A DNA stretch of 64,000 nucleotides from contig NC_043010.1 of the NCBI RefSeq assembly GCF_006345805.1, forward strand, positions 17,360,001-17,424,000. Direction: 5' to 3'. The first letter of the stretch is position 1. Each line of letters begins with the position of its first letter. The notes under the pieces were generated by a model. The model saw only the letters and a program-made list of their open reading frames with translations. It was not told the origin of the DNA and did not search any database. The position numbers and the translations under genes were made by a program. The DNA comes from Octopus sinensis (Eukaryota). Positions 33,316 through 45,335 of this stretch are shown one piece after another.

Positions 33316-35367
33316 TATGATAATTTTTTTATTTAAAAAAATTTTTTCGACTTTCTTCACATTCTCTGAGGGTATCCACATATATATATCAATATTTTGG
33401 TGAATAAGAAAATGATATATTAAGATATATTTGAATCTTTAGTTGTTTTTTGATAGAAGCAACAAATCTTTCTTGAAATTCTACCATAGACCCTCCCGCC
33501 ATTCACCCACAGCCTGTACAAATATCGAGCCTCGGACATTAACACCCCGAAAGACAATTACCCCTGAGGACAGCAGATGATTATTTAAAACTTCTGAATA
33601 TTTTGGAGAGGGGGTAATTAACCAAAGGAGTAATTATCCTAGGGGGTAGTTGTCGTGGTGGGAGGAACGTGGGGGTAATATATCACATGCTTTGTGGTAT
33701 TTCGTCTGGTCGACTTTGCCTTTCATCCTTTCGGGGTCGAAAAATTTAGGACCAGTTACGCACTGAGGTCGATATAATCGACTTAATCAGTTTGTCTCTC
33801 CTTGTTTGTCCTCTCTGTGTTTAGCCCCTTGTGGGTAGTAAAGAAATGGGTAATATATCACAGGTGTCACTAATGTGGCCTGCTAGAAATAGCAGTCAGA
33901 TTTCCTTAAAACCTCACTACAGCCATACAAATAATGTGAGACTAATTTGTGCAACGTACTATTTACATGCATGATACCCGAGAAAAAGATGAGACGAGCA
34001 ACGCTGGAATGTTTTTGATCATAGGTTTGTTCAAACAGGACTGACCTAGGGCTATAAATAAAAAGAACTATCGACTACTACTACGACGACGACGACGGTT
34101 ATCACGACGGCAGCGGTGGTGGCGGCGATGACGACGGCGACAAAGACGCTTAGTTTTTCGTGGAGAAAATCGCAATCCCTGCTTTGATATCGGACAAAAT
34201 ATCTTTCCTCTGGTTAAAACAAACTCGGCAAGTGGACCTTTATTCCAACGAATCAACTGTAACCAACTGCGCTGCCGTATCTATTATATATGTTGTTGCC
34301 TCTCATCTCTCCAACGAAATCCCTAGTCTTCTGGTCAATGTTTCAACGAGGCTGACATTATTTTAGCCATGTTTGTTTATACGGTAAGAAAATGCTTTAC
34401 TTTATAAATCAAAAATTCTCAAACAATCCTTTTCTTTTGTTTTTGGTGGTGTTAACAACAACAACAGCCGTTCTTCACTGTTGAAACAACACGGCTTCGG
34501 GATATGGTTCTATTTTGCAATTATCTAACTCGTTGCTGGCGTATTAGAAGCATTTCAAGCAACGGTTTTCGAGGGCAGGGCCCCGGCAGAATCGTTAGGG
34601 GTGTCGGACGACATCGCTAGAGGAATTTCTGTGGGTCAGAGTTCAAACTGCGCCAAGATCAGCGCAATTTCCCGGGATCGATAAAATAAAGTACGAATCA
34701 AGTTCTGGGGTTGATTTGTGCCTATTGAGGACCGACTAAGATGTCCTTTGGAAAACCGATTGATATTTACTTAAAGATTCTTTTATAAGACATCTTTATG
34801 CAAATAAATATGTTTAGCTTTACATCAATGCCAGATCCTGTATTCCTTGTGTTTGGTCAAACAGTGGCGTTCAACATTTTTTTAATATATAAACTGTTAC
34901 CTAATATTTTTAAATAAGAACGAAAACAACTATTTGTCCATTGTTCACGGAATAAAGAAATCTCACCGGAAACTTTTTTTTTCCTCCAAGTGCCGGCCAC
35001 TGGGTATTACTTTTATAATTTTGATTTTAAAATCTTTAATGAAAACGGGCAAACACCGATTTTTCGTTTTTAACTTTTCCCGAAAATTCTTTTGAGATTT
35101 CACGTTTAAAAAATACAAAGATTTCGATTTTTACGATTCTGAATTTTTCTTGGCGTGTTCAGACTGTGGTAGAGGAGAAAGTCACTCCCAGGCCGAGATG
35201 TAAAAGGGGTGGACAATTTACTCTGGCCTATTATGTCTATTAATGAAAGGGGGGAGGATTCCAAGAGTGCCTTTGTTCCTGAGTACTGTGAACTCTTGCT
35301 ATGACATTGCCATATGATTAACACATTTGATTTATCCTCACATTGTTCTTAATTCAATCTCATTTAA

Positions 35368-35814
35368 CCTTTTTATACCAAACCACCCGAGACCACCCCT
35401 CCTGGTCCTATGTTACAAACCCCTGTTTTAAAGTGAGCTAAATTAAGATCTTCAATCGAAATTTCATGTTAATTTATGTTCCAAACAACAGATTAATAAT
35501 GGTTTCATATTTTGACTTGCGTCCAGCAGTTTTAAGGGGAGGGGCTAAGTTGATTAATTAACCCCTGTCCTCAACTGGAACTTATTCTATTGACCTCAAA
35601 AGACGAAAGGCAAAGTTGACGTTGGTGGCATTTAAAGTCAGAACACAAGATGGATAAAATGCTGCCAAGCATTTTGCCTGGCATGGTAACAATTCTGCCA
35701 GCTCACCACAACAGCAGATTAATAATAACAATGTTATATAACTAAATTCTTCATTATTTCAAAATAACTGAAACAATAGCAGTGTATTCCAACAGAAATA
35801 TGGTAACAGAAGGG
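35368..35814. mobile_element. piggyBac-like MITE with a nested family-2 SINE (about 35520-35710)
   Basis: TTAA|CC...GGG|TAAA ends; cag.ttaataat is seen on both sides of the SINE. Confidence 0.6.
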
Positions 35815-36225
35815 TAAATGGTTCTTTGAGTTAGATTTGGCAGACACCATGTGGAAACACTTCCAATGGATTGTCCCTGTTAATGGGTGGCGGGCATAAT
35901 CTGTACATGATTTAACACAATCACAGTCCATGGCAGAGTTCACAGTGTTGGGACCATTCAGGCCAGGTACCCACCCTGATTCAATATCTTGGTACATTGT
36001 TTTCTAAACCAGTAGCATGCACGTTGTGCTTTCACAAACCCCAGTTTTAGACGTTGGGCAAAAAGATTTGGGCTGTTGCTCTTCTTCCTCAGCTTACCAC
36101 TTAAAAACAAAATGGTTTCAGCTCAATTCAGTGCATTTTTGATGGTGACTCAGACTGTTGTTTATCTATCTCTTCTGTAATATTATGGAGATATACATAA
36201 ACCTATACATGATATATATATTATC

Positions 36226-36520
36226 ATCATCATCATCGCTTAACATCGATTTTCCATGCTGGCTAGGGGTTGGACGGTTCGACTGGGGTATGGGAAGCCA
36301 GGAGGCTGCACCAGGCCCCTATCTGATCTGGCAGTGTTTCTACACCTGGATGCCCTTCCTAATGCCAACCACTCCAAGAATGTTGTGGGTGTTTTTTACA
36401 TGCCACCAGCACAGGGGCCAGAGGAGCTGGCATCAACCATGATCGGATGGTGATTTTTATGTGCCACTGGCACAGAAGCCAGTCAAAGTGGCACTGGCAT
36501 TGGCTGGCACTCCGTTGATT
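36226..36520 (-). mobile_element. RTE-tail non-autonomous retroelement
   Basis: (CAT)n-cg.ttaac.tc..tttccatgct.gc..ggg.ttggacgg terminus with internal gccacc(g/a)gcac repeats. Related copies at 40447, 42300-42810 and 44168. Confidence 0.75.
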
Positions 36521-36529
36521 ATGATGACG

Positions 36530-36880
36530 AAGGTTCCAGTTGATCCAATCAACGGAACAGCCTGTTCATGAAATTAACGTGCAAGTGGCTGAGCACTCCA
36601 CAGACACATGTACCCTTAACATAGTTCTTGGGGAGATTCAGCATGACACAGAGTATGACAAGGCTGGCCCTTTGAAATAGAGGTACAAGAGAAACAGGAA
36701 GAAAGAGTGAGAGAAAGTTGTGGTGAAGGAGTACAGCAGGGTTTGCCACCCCTGCTTGCCGGGGCTTCGTGGAGCTTTAGGTGTTTTCACTCAATAAAAA
36801 CTCACCATGCCTGGTCTGGGAATCAAAACCGCAATCCTACGACCACGAGTCCGCTGCCCTAACCACTGATCCATTGCATC
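36530..36880 (-). mobile_element. SINE (family 3)
   Basis: Core gtggctgagcactccacagacac...gacaaggctggccctttgaaata shared with 24574-24900. Confidence 0.75.
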
Positions 36881-37019
36881 TTCATACACACACACACACA
36901 CACACACACATATAAAATGAGACAGCAAAGCCAAGGCTGTGTGGAATTTTCAGGACATTTATGAAGAGAAAGTTAGTCTTACAGCCATTTCTGGGATATT
37001 AGGAATATTCCTTCATCAG

Positions 37020-37378
37020 AGACGATGTGAGATGGTTAAATAGAGGGAAATATTAGGGTTCAATATGAGGAGTTATTTTGGAAAAGGAAGCAAGACCCCT
37101 TTGAATGATCAGCACATGGAATTTACGTCTCCACCCTTTCCATTTATGATGGCAAATATGAACTCCTATTGGAATTTACACACCACGGACAGGAAGCATT
37201 TCTACCACTTCTACACACCACTTTCCTTGGATAATGGAACTGCAATTATAACATTTTTATTTTCATTTCTACATTCATTCTCATATTTCCTTATATACTC
37301 CTTATTTGCTTCCTTTTCCGAAATAACTCCTCATATTGAACCCTAATATTTCCCCTATTTAACCATCTCACATTGTCT
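37020..37378. mobile_element. MITE-like element with about 73-bp TIRs, adjacent to the gap
   Basis: 37020-37093 is the reverse complement of 37306-37378 with few mismatches. Confidence 0.75.
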
Positions 37379-37380
37379 AT

Positions 37381-37480
37381 NNNNNNNNNNNNNNNNNNNN
37401 NNNNNNNNNNNNNNNNNNNNNNNNNNNNNNNNNNNNNNNNNNNNNNNNNNNNNNNNNNNNNNNNNNNNNNNNNNNNNNNN
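37381..37480. other. Assembly gap (100 N)
   Basis: Run of N. Confidence 1.
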
Positions 37481-38665
37481 GACGTTCAATAAGTAATGCC
37501 CCTGACCCACTTGCAGTTGTTTGATCTAGCTGAAATTTTGCATGTGCAATTATTTATATCTCTATATATATTAAGTGGCCAATTACAGCTCTCAACTAAT
37601 TGTGGTTTCTGATTTACAGGTGTTTGAACTGAGTCAAGTGTGAAATGGAGCCTGTTGAGTGTCAAGCAGTGATCCGGTTTTTGTATTTGAAAGGACGCAC
37701 ACCACGGGAGGCTTTTGATGAAATGAAAGTAACTTATGGTGATGGTGCCCCATCATATGACCTTGTAAAACGCTGGCATTGTGAATTCAAACATGGTCGG
37801 AACTCTGTGATTACAGCTCCCAGATCTGGTCCCCCCCTTCTGCCATTGATGAGGCATCTGTCCGTCAAGTTGAGGCTGCCATTTTGGAAGATCGACGCAT
37901 AACTATTCACCAAATAGCCCATGAGGTCAAGAATAGTACTGGGTCTGTGGAAACTATCATTCATGTCCATTTGCATATGCAAAAGGTGTCTGCCAGATGG
38001 ATTCCCAGGTTGCTCACACCTTTCCAGAAGCAAGAATGCGTTGAGTGCTCGAGGATGAATTTGGAGATGTGCCAAGAAGATGAATCAAAATTTTTCAAAA
38101 GACTGATTACACAGGATGAAACTGGGTCCATCACTATGATCCAGAGACCAAAGCCCAGTCAATGCAGTGGAAGCACCGTGACTCACCTCCTCCAAAGGAG
38201 GCAAAGATGCAGCCCTCCGCTGGCAAGGTCATGCTCACACTCTTCTGGGACCAGGACGGAGTAGTGATGACAGATTTCCTGGGAAAGGTACCACAATTAC
38301 AGGAGCCTATTATGCTTCACTTTTGAGGAAATTAAGAGAAGCTATCAAAATCAAGAGGCGGGGCAAGATCATCAAAGGCATCCTCCTCCTGCAGGACAAC
38401 GCTCCGGTCCACGACTCGCGTGTCGCCAGATCAGAAGCACGGGCGTGTGGTTATGAACTCCTGCCCCATCTCTCCTGACCTTGCACCCTCTGATTTTCAC
38501 TTCTTCCCAGCCATGAAGTTGTTTTTGAAAGGAAAGCGTTTCCCAGATGATACAGCCTTGATTTCTGAAGTCACGTCGTGGTTGGAGGACCAAACTGGGG
38601 TCTTCTACAAAAACAGTCTCCAGAGCTGCATCAAACGATGGGAGAAATGCGTAACTATGTCACTA
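37481..38665 (+). mobile_element. Near-complete frameshifted mariner (DD34D) element
   Basis: MEPVECQAVIRFLYLKG HTH; WIPRLLT; ITQDET; LQDNAP; (S)PDLAPSDFHFF; RWEKCV. TIR-like gacgttcaataagtaatgc at the gap edge. Confidence 0.92.
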
Positions 38666-38807
38666 TAAGAAAAAAATTTATAACATTCTTCTGACATAAT
38701 GACTCAAATATATATTTTTTAACCTTTTAAAACAAGCCTTCTGTAGTTTTTTCACTTTTTACTATTTTCTATTTATTCAACCGCGTGCTTTCACACCAAC
38801 TTTCTCA

Positions 38808-38839
<32 letters not shown>

Positions 38840-38841
<2 letters not shown>

Positions 38842-39201
38842 CATATCAACAATTGAGGGTAAAATTAATTAGTTATTAATCAATTTCACCAAGTAGTGTT
38901 CAGTATGTAAAAGGACCATTTAAGGCGAATTTAAAATATTACATTATATAATTAGGTCTTAGTAAAATAAATTACTTTGCCACATACTGAACTTTCTAGA
39001 AATAGCAGCCAAAAAGTTTCTTAGCCATTTCCACTACTTTAAGAAAATTCTCTCAGATAATGTTTATTTATGAGTAAACATTATCTGAGAGAAATTTTCT
39101 TAAAGTAGTGGAAATGGCTAAGAAACTTTTTGGCTGCTATTTCTAGAAAGTTCAGTATGTGGCAAAGTAATTTATTTTACTAAGCCCTAATTATATAATG
39201 T
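38840..39201. repeat. Fold-back element of the 13851-14645 family: tail + 126-bp arms (38941-39066 / 39075-39201)
   Basis: Same tail and arm sequence as 13851-14645 but in the opposite orientation and folding at a different point; 8-nt loop. Confidence 0.9.
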
Positions 39202-39279
39202 ATAATTTTTATATATATTTACATATATTTATATTTATATATATATATATTTAAATGTATATATAATATATATATATAG

Positions 39280-39310
<31 letters not shown>

Positions 39311-39320
39311 TATATATATA

Positions 39321-39830
39321 TAATGTAATAAAATAAAAATATATGCATACATACAAACATATATGTACGTACTACATCTACATGTATATATACATGCATA
39401 TATAAATAAATATACGTAAGTACAGGTGTTCTTACCCGTTTTACCCCGCTGCTTGGAATTTTATTTTAATTCTCTCGCAGGAAGGCTTAGTTGACGATGT
39501 GTCCTGTCTTGTCTTCGAAACACGCCTGAGTTAACTAGCGACAGCTGATGATGGTGGATTTTTCCTTGTGTAGCATGTCCTGTACTTGTTTTCTTGTTGT
39601 AAAATTTTTGTTTTACCCGTTTCTACGTCTTGTTGTGGTGTCCTGTGCTTACGTATATTTATTTATATATGCATGTATATATACATGTAGATGTAGGTAC
39701 GTACATATATGTTTGTATGTATGCATATATTTTTATTTATTACATTATTGTCTGACAGCACCTCACGTCAGGTTCGTTTCGATTTATCGGTTCGTTCCAC
39801 TTCTTGTCTCCATTTAATTTTTATATATAT
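39321..39830. repeat. Fold-back element: 106-bp arms (39321-39426 / 39642-39747), 215-bp spacer, about 80-bp tail
   Basis: Arms are near-perfect reverse complements, flanked by (TA)n. Confidence 0.85.
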
Positions 39831-39929
39831 ATATATATATAATATTTACATATCACATATTATTTTCTTTCATATATTGCTTTCAACTACTCCTGTAGTT
39901 TCATCTGACATACACACACACACACACAC

Positions 39930-39978
<49 letters not shown>

Positions 39979-39998
39979 TATATTATATATATATATAT

Positions 39999-40388
39999 AT
40001 GCATATACATATATAATCATACATAGCATGATTGGTATTCAGAAGACTTGAAGTGGCAGGTAACGCTATGTAAGTGCTATGGAAGGACTGTAGTTAAAAA
40101 CTGTTGGTACAATAATGATACAAGTGAAGAGTCTAATGCAGGTCTTGTACGAGCATCTATATTTCCCTTCTTAAATGTCCTATAAATTCCACACATTCTT
40201 GGCTTTCTTGTCTCATTTTATCTAACATATAGATGCTTGTACAAAACCTGCATTAGACTCCTCACTTTTATCATTATCGTACCAAGAGTTTAACTACAGT
40301 CCTTCCGTAGCACTTACATAGCGTTACCTGCCACCTTGGGTCTTCTGAATACCAATCATACTATGTATGATTATATATGTATATGCAT
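39999..40388. repeat. Fold-back element: about 163-bp arms (39999-40162 / 40227-40388)
   Basis: About 90% identical inverted arms, 64-bp spacer, next to (TA)n. Confidence 0.88.
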
Positions 40389-40660
40389 GTGTCTCTCTAT
40401 ATAACTACGTGTTTCTATAGATAATACACAAATGTAAATAGACATATTTCATCATCATCATTATCGTTTAATGTCCGCTTTCCATGCTAGCATGGGTTGG
40501 ATGATTTGACTGAGGGTTGGCGAGCCAGATGGCTGCACCAGGCTCCAATCTTGATCTGGCAGAGTTTTGACTGCTGGATGCCCTTCCTAACGCCAACCAC
40601 TCCGAGAGTGTAGTGGGTGCTTTTTATATTATTATTATGATATATATTCTTTTTTTTTAT

Positions 40661-41048
40661 TTGTTTCAATCATTTGACTGCGGTCATGCTGGAGCACTGC
40701 CTTCAGTCAAGCAAATCGGCCCCTGGACTTATTCGTTGTATGCCTAGTACTTAATCTATTGGTATCTTTTGCCAAACTGCTAAGTTACAGGAACGTAAAC
40801 ACACCAGCATCAGTTGTCAAGTGATGGCAGTGGGGACAAACACAGACACACAAACATACATACATGTATATAATATATATATATATACGACAGGCTTCTT
40901 TCAGTTTCTGTCTACCAAATTCATTCACAAGGCTTTGGTCGGCCTGAGGCTATGGTAAAAGACACTTGCCCAAGGTGCCATACAGTGGGACTGAATCCAG
41001 GACCATGTTGCTGGTAGGCAAGCTACTTACCACACAGCTACTCCCACC
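40661..41048 (-). mobile_element. SINE (family 1), CpG-decayed
   Basis: Reverse-complement match to 19003-19369. Confidence 0.85.
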
Positions 41049-42299
41049 TGGAAAGTCTGAGTTTCCTAACAATAGAGTTTTGTTTCATGGGGGGGTTTTC
41101 CATGTTATTTCGCATGCTTTCAACGAATGCAACATCGAAATCATCTGTAGACAGCTCCTTCCTCCCCAAAAGAAAGATTTGGCTGCTTTTTTGTGCATGC
41201 CCTATACCACATAACAGGTATTTCTGGTCCTTTATCGCAAATAGCTGTTATGTGGTAGCAGGGCATGCTAGAAATAGCAGCCAAATCTTTGGAGCTGAGA
41301 TACGTTAAATGCACTTGAAAATATTTTTGTAATTACATTCCATTGGGGTAATCTTTCACTTTAACTCTCAGAACGGTCATCCAAATCAGATGGTTTTGTT
41401 CGTTAATCACCATAAAATTTTTTTATCTATTTACTTTTGTTTTAAAGTGAAAGATGTATGAATGTGCATATGAAATGCAGTGTGTGTGTGCCACTTACAC
41501 ATACATGTTCATTCACTCACTCTCTCTTTCTCTCTCACACACACACATGTACACATACATACAAAAAAGATGTACACATCTTTTTTGGTGTATGTATACA
41601 TGACAACACACCCCTTCACTCACTCTCTTCCTCTCTCTCTCTCATGTCCGTTTCATATACACGTACGTACATCTTTCACTTTAAAACAAAAGTAAATAAA
41701 TAAACATTTTTACGGAAATTAATGACTTGAAAATTATTTTAAAAAACACAAAAATATTGTCTGTTTAAAGAAGGCTAAAATATAAATACTTGCTGTACAA
41801 ACAACTTACAATTTTGAAATCACTTTCAGTTAAAAATATTTCTAAATGATTAAGATATTGTATACATCAAGAAGTTGTTTTTTTTCTTAGTGTTGATTGA
41901 CATGCTATGACATTCATTATTTGTGTGTGTATTCTGTATGTGTCTTGATGTCATGGAAGCCATGTTTTTTTTCTTCAAGAAATAGCAAACAAAAATTGCA
42001 TTTACTCATTTTCATTAATAACTAGAGGTCCAAATGTCACAAAAATTTGTACTGCACTGCTGAAGGTTAGTATGAAAGTAAATATGTAAAAAAAAAATAA
42101 GATAAAATTTACTATTTCTGAGATATCTCAGGTACACACAAACAACCCTAGAATTTTAGTATTATTAAGATATGCACACACACACAGACACACATGAAGC
42201 ACCTAGTTCACTCTTAAGTTGTTTGTGTTAGGATCCAGCTATAGTACCATATCAAAGCAGACATAGAATCTGGTGCATCCCTCTGGCTTGTCTCATCTT

Positions 42300-42810
42300 G
42301 TCGGGCTGCTCAACCCATGCGAGCGTGGAAAAGGGACATTAAATGAGGATGATAATAACCCAATGATGAAGACCCGTCAAGCCAACTGAAATTGTAGACG
42401 TGGCTGATACTGGTGTCACATAACTGGCACCTGTGCCGGTGGCATGTAAAAAAGCACCTTTTGAGCATTGGGCCTCATGGAGGCAAACTGGCTGATGCTG
42501 GTGGCACGTGAAAAGCTCCTTTCAAGTGTTGGGCCTCATGGAGGCAATGACTGAGACCTTTGGCATTATGTCATGCTTGAGAAGAAGACCCATCAAACCG
42601 AGCGAAATTGCAGTTGTGGTAGATACTGGTGGCATATAAAAACCACCCATTCCATTCTTGGAGTGGTTGGTGTTAGGAAGGGCACCCAGCCATAAAAAGC
42701 ATACCAAATCAGACCGGAGTCTGGTGCAGCCTTCCAGCTTGCCAGCCCCGGTCAATGCATTCAGTCCATGCCAGCATGGACAATGGACACTAAATGATGA
42801 TGATGATGAT
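42300..42810 (+). mobile_element. RTE-tail non-autonomous retroelement
   Basis: Ends in ccatgccagcatggacaatggacactaaatgatgatgatgatgat; internal ggca(c/t)gt(a/g)aaaagc repeats. Confidence 0.75.
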
Positions 42811-43149
42811 GATATATCTAGTCTGGTATTTATGCTATTGGCAAAATGCAAAATGACTAATATAAAAAGTACCAATTTTCAAAGAAGTATTGGGATTGGT
42901 TTGTTTGGTCAAAATGCTTTGAGGCGGTGCTCCAGTATGGGCAGAGTCCAATGACTAAAACAAATAGAAAATAAAAGATAAGATATATGTGGGTGGATTT
43001 TAAAAATGACGGGCTGACTATGAAGGAGTGATGATAAAGCTGTGAAATCTTGCTTGCATTAATTTCAACTCTTCTTATTAATAACTGCATTGTTTCTTTC
43101 CAGCTAAACTGACTTCTGACTGTTTAAAGAAGACTTCAAAAGTATCTAA

Positions 43150-44165
43150 TAATGACTTCACTTGAAAATGGATAAAATTTGGCGTCGTGGTGTTATCTAG
43201 TGCCTGCAGAAAGAGGGTTTAGTCCCCAAGGACATTTATGCTGATACTCCAGCTTTATCAACAGTGCAAAAATGAGCAGCAGAATTTAGGAGGGGAAGGG
43301 AGAGACTCTTGAAGATGACCCAAAGTCTGGACATCCAGTAATTGCCACCACTGAGGAAAACATCGATTGTATTCACCACATGGATAACATGATTGACTAG
43401 AAATCTAATAACTAACGCTATTAGATCATACTGTGAAAGAGTTGAGAGTATTCTGCACAGTGAACTTGGCATGACAAGGTTTCTGTTTGTTTGGTGCCAC
43501 ATCTTCTCGCACCTGATTAATATTGCTCCAGGCTGATCACATCACAGAAAAATCTGACACCAAGGCAGATCCAGCTGGTTTCTTTGAATGTTTCAAAAGC
43601 CAGCACAAGTGTTGCCTTCATCACTTTGAGCTGGAGACAAAGAGATAATCCATGCAGTGGAAACATTCCTCCTTGCCAGCTCCAAAGAAGGCCAAGGTCA
43701 TTTCATCTGCAGGGAAGTTGATGGCTTCAGTCTTTTAAGATGCAAAAGGCGTTGTGTTTATTGACTATTTTCAAAAGGGCCAAACCCTCAATGGAAAGTA
43801 CTGTGCCAACTTGCTGAGGCAGTTATGAAAATTTCAAGACCAAAGGCCTCGGGAAACTGATGGAATCTTGTTTCATCAGGGTAATGTTCCAGCACACAAG
43901 TCCTTGCTTGCAATGGCTACTGAGCTTAGCTTGTGGCTTTGAACTGGTTGATCACCAACCCAATTCTCTTGATTTGGCCCCATCTGACTATCATCTGTTC
44001 CCCAACATGAAAAACCGTTTGGCTGGGAACAAATATTGCAGTGATGATGATGTCATATCTGCTGCTGTTGAATTTTTTTGACCAATAAGATGAAGGCTTC
44101 TTCAACAATAGGGTCCAAGCACTGCAACACCGATGGGAGAAGTGTGTGGACCACAAGGGGGGGGA
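43150..44165 (+). mobile_element. Degraded mariner element
   Basis: MDKIWRRGVI...AEFRRGRETLEDDPKSGHP; PNSLDLAPSDYHLFPNMK..LAG; RWEKCVDHKG. Confidence 0.85.
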
Positions 44166-44167
44166 CT

Positions 44168-44600
44168 ATCATCATCATCGTTTAACATCTGTTTTCCATG
44201 CTAGCATGGGTTGGACGGTTCGACTGGGGTCTGGGAAGCCAGGAGGCTGCACCAGGCTCCAGTCTGATCTGGCATGTTTCTACAGCTGGATGCCCTTCCT
44301 AATGCCAACCACTCTGTGAGTGTAGTGAGTGCTTTTTACATGCCACCGGCACAGGGGCCAGAGGAGGCTGGCAGCAACCACGATCAGTTGGTGCTGTTTA
44401 TGTGCCACCGGCATGGAAGCCAGTCAAAGTGGCACTGGCATTGGCCACGTTCGGACTGTGCTTTTTACGTGCCACCGACACGGGTATCACAACTACAATT
44501 TCCATTTGATTTTTATTTTGATGTTGATGTACTTGACTCAATAGGTCTCCTCAAGCACAGCAGGTTGCCCTATGATCTAAGGTAAGCATAGCAGGCCGTC
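44168..44600 (-). mobile_element. RTE-tail non-autonomous retroelement
   Basis: Same family as 36226-36520. Confidence 0.75.
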
Positions 44601-45060
44601 CTGCAATCCAAGGTACTTTGAATGGGCTGGGGCTGGTTATGAGAAGCTGGTGTAGGTTACAGCCATGAACTCGCTTTATTTGTCGGGTCTTCGCAGTCAA
44701 ATAACACCCAGAAAAATAAACCTTGTTTGATCACATCCCATGAGAGTATCTTGTTCAGCCTATGAACTTTTCAGCTGATCCTCATCTGATATGATATGTG
44801 GCTTAACAGCCCTCACCGTTTGTTTTTACTGTTTGGTTCTCACTGTCCTGTTTTTGTTACCACTTTAACCCTCTGCAAAAAGGGAATATGTTTTATTGAA
44901 ATTAATTACAAAATCCTTCAGATTATGTAGATTACGATTAGATTGCTATATAATATGGTGGGGCGGGGGAGAAAAATATATAGAAAATGCAACTTAGAAA
45001 TCTAAAAAAATTATTTGGTTTTTCAAGATTCTTTATGGGAATTCGTGTGTTGAAGCATAT

Positions 45061-45335
45061 TTTATCGTGTCTGGGAAGAGTCATTCTGTTTAAATGCCCT
45101 ATTAATTAACACACTCACCGGTTCTATTTCCATTCATTTACTTATTTATTCAATTTTGTTTTTCTAAAATTTTCTTGCAGCATCTTCAATAGTTGCTGAT
45201 TCTCAACAACTACTGAAGAGGTTGCAAGAAACAACGAAAATTTTAAAATAAAACAAAAATTAAATAAGCAAATGAGTGGAAACTGAATCTGTGAGTGTTG
45301 GCATTAACACAGAACGACTCTCCCCAGAAATGAAA
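45061..45335. repeat. Older imperfect fold-back element (about 137-bp arms, 3-nt loop at 45200-45202)
   Basis: The outer arm tgtctggg.agagtcattct...ttaacacac is shared with the hairpin at 61021-61131. Confidence 0.75.

Noticed and set aside
35734-35997. Minus-strand ORF with CDCVKSC
   Set aside because: No recognisable domain, and it runs into a MITE.
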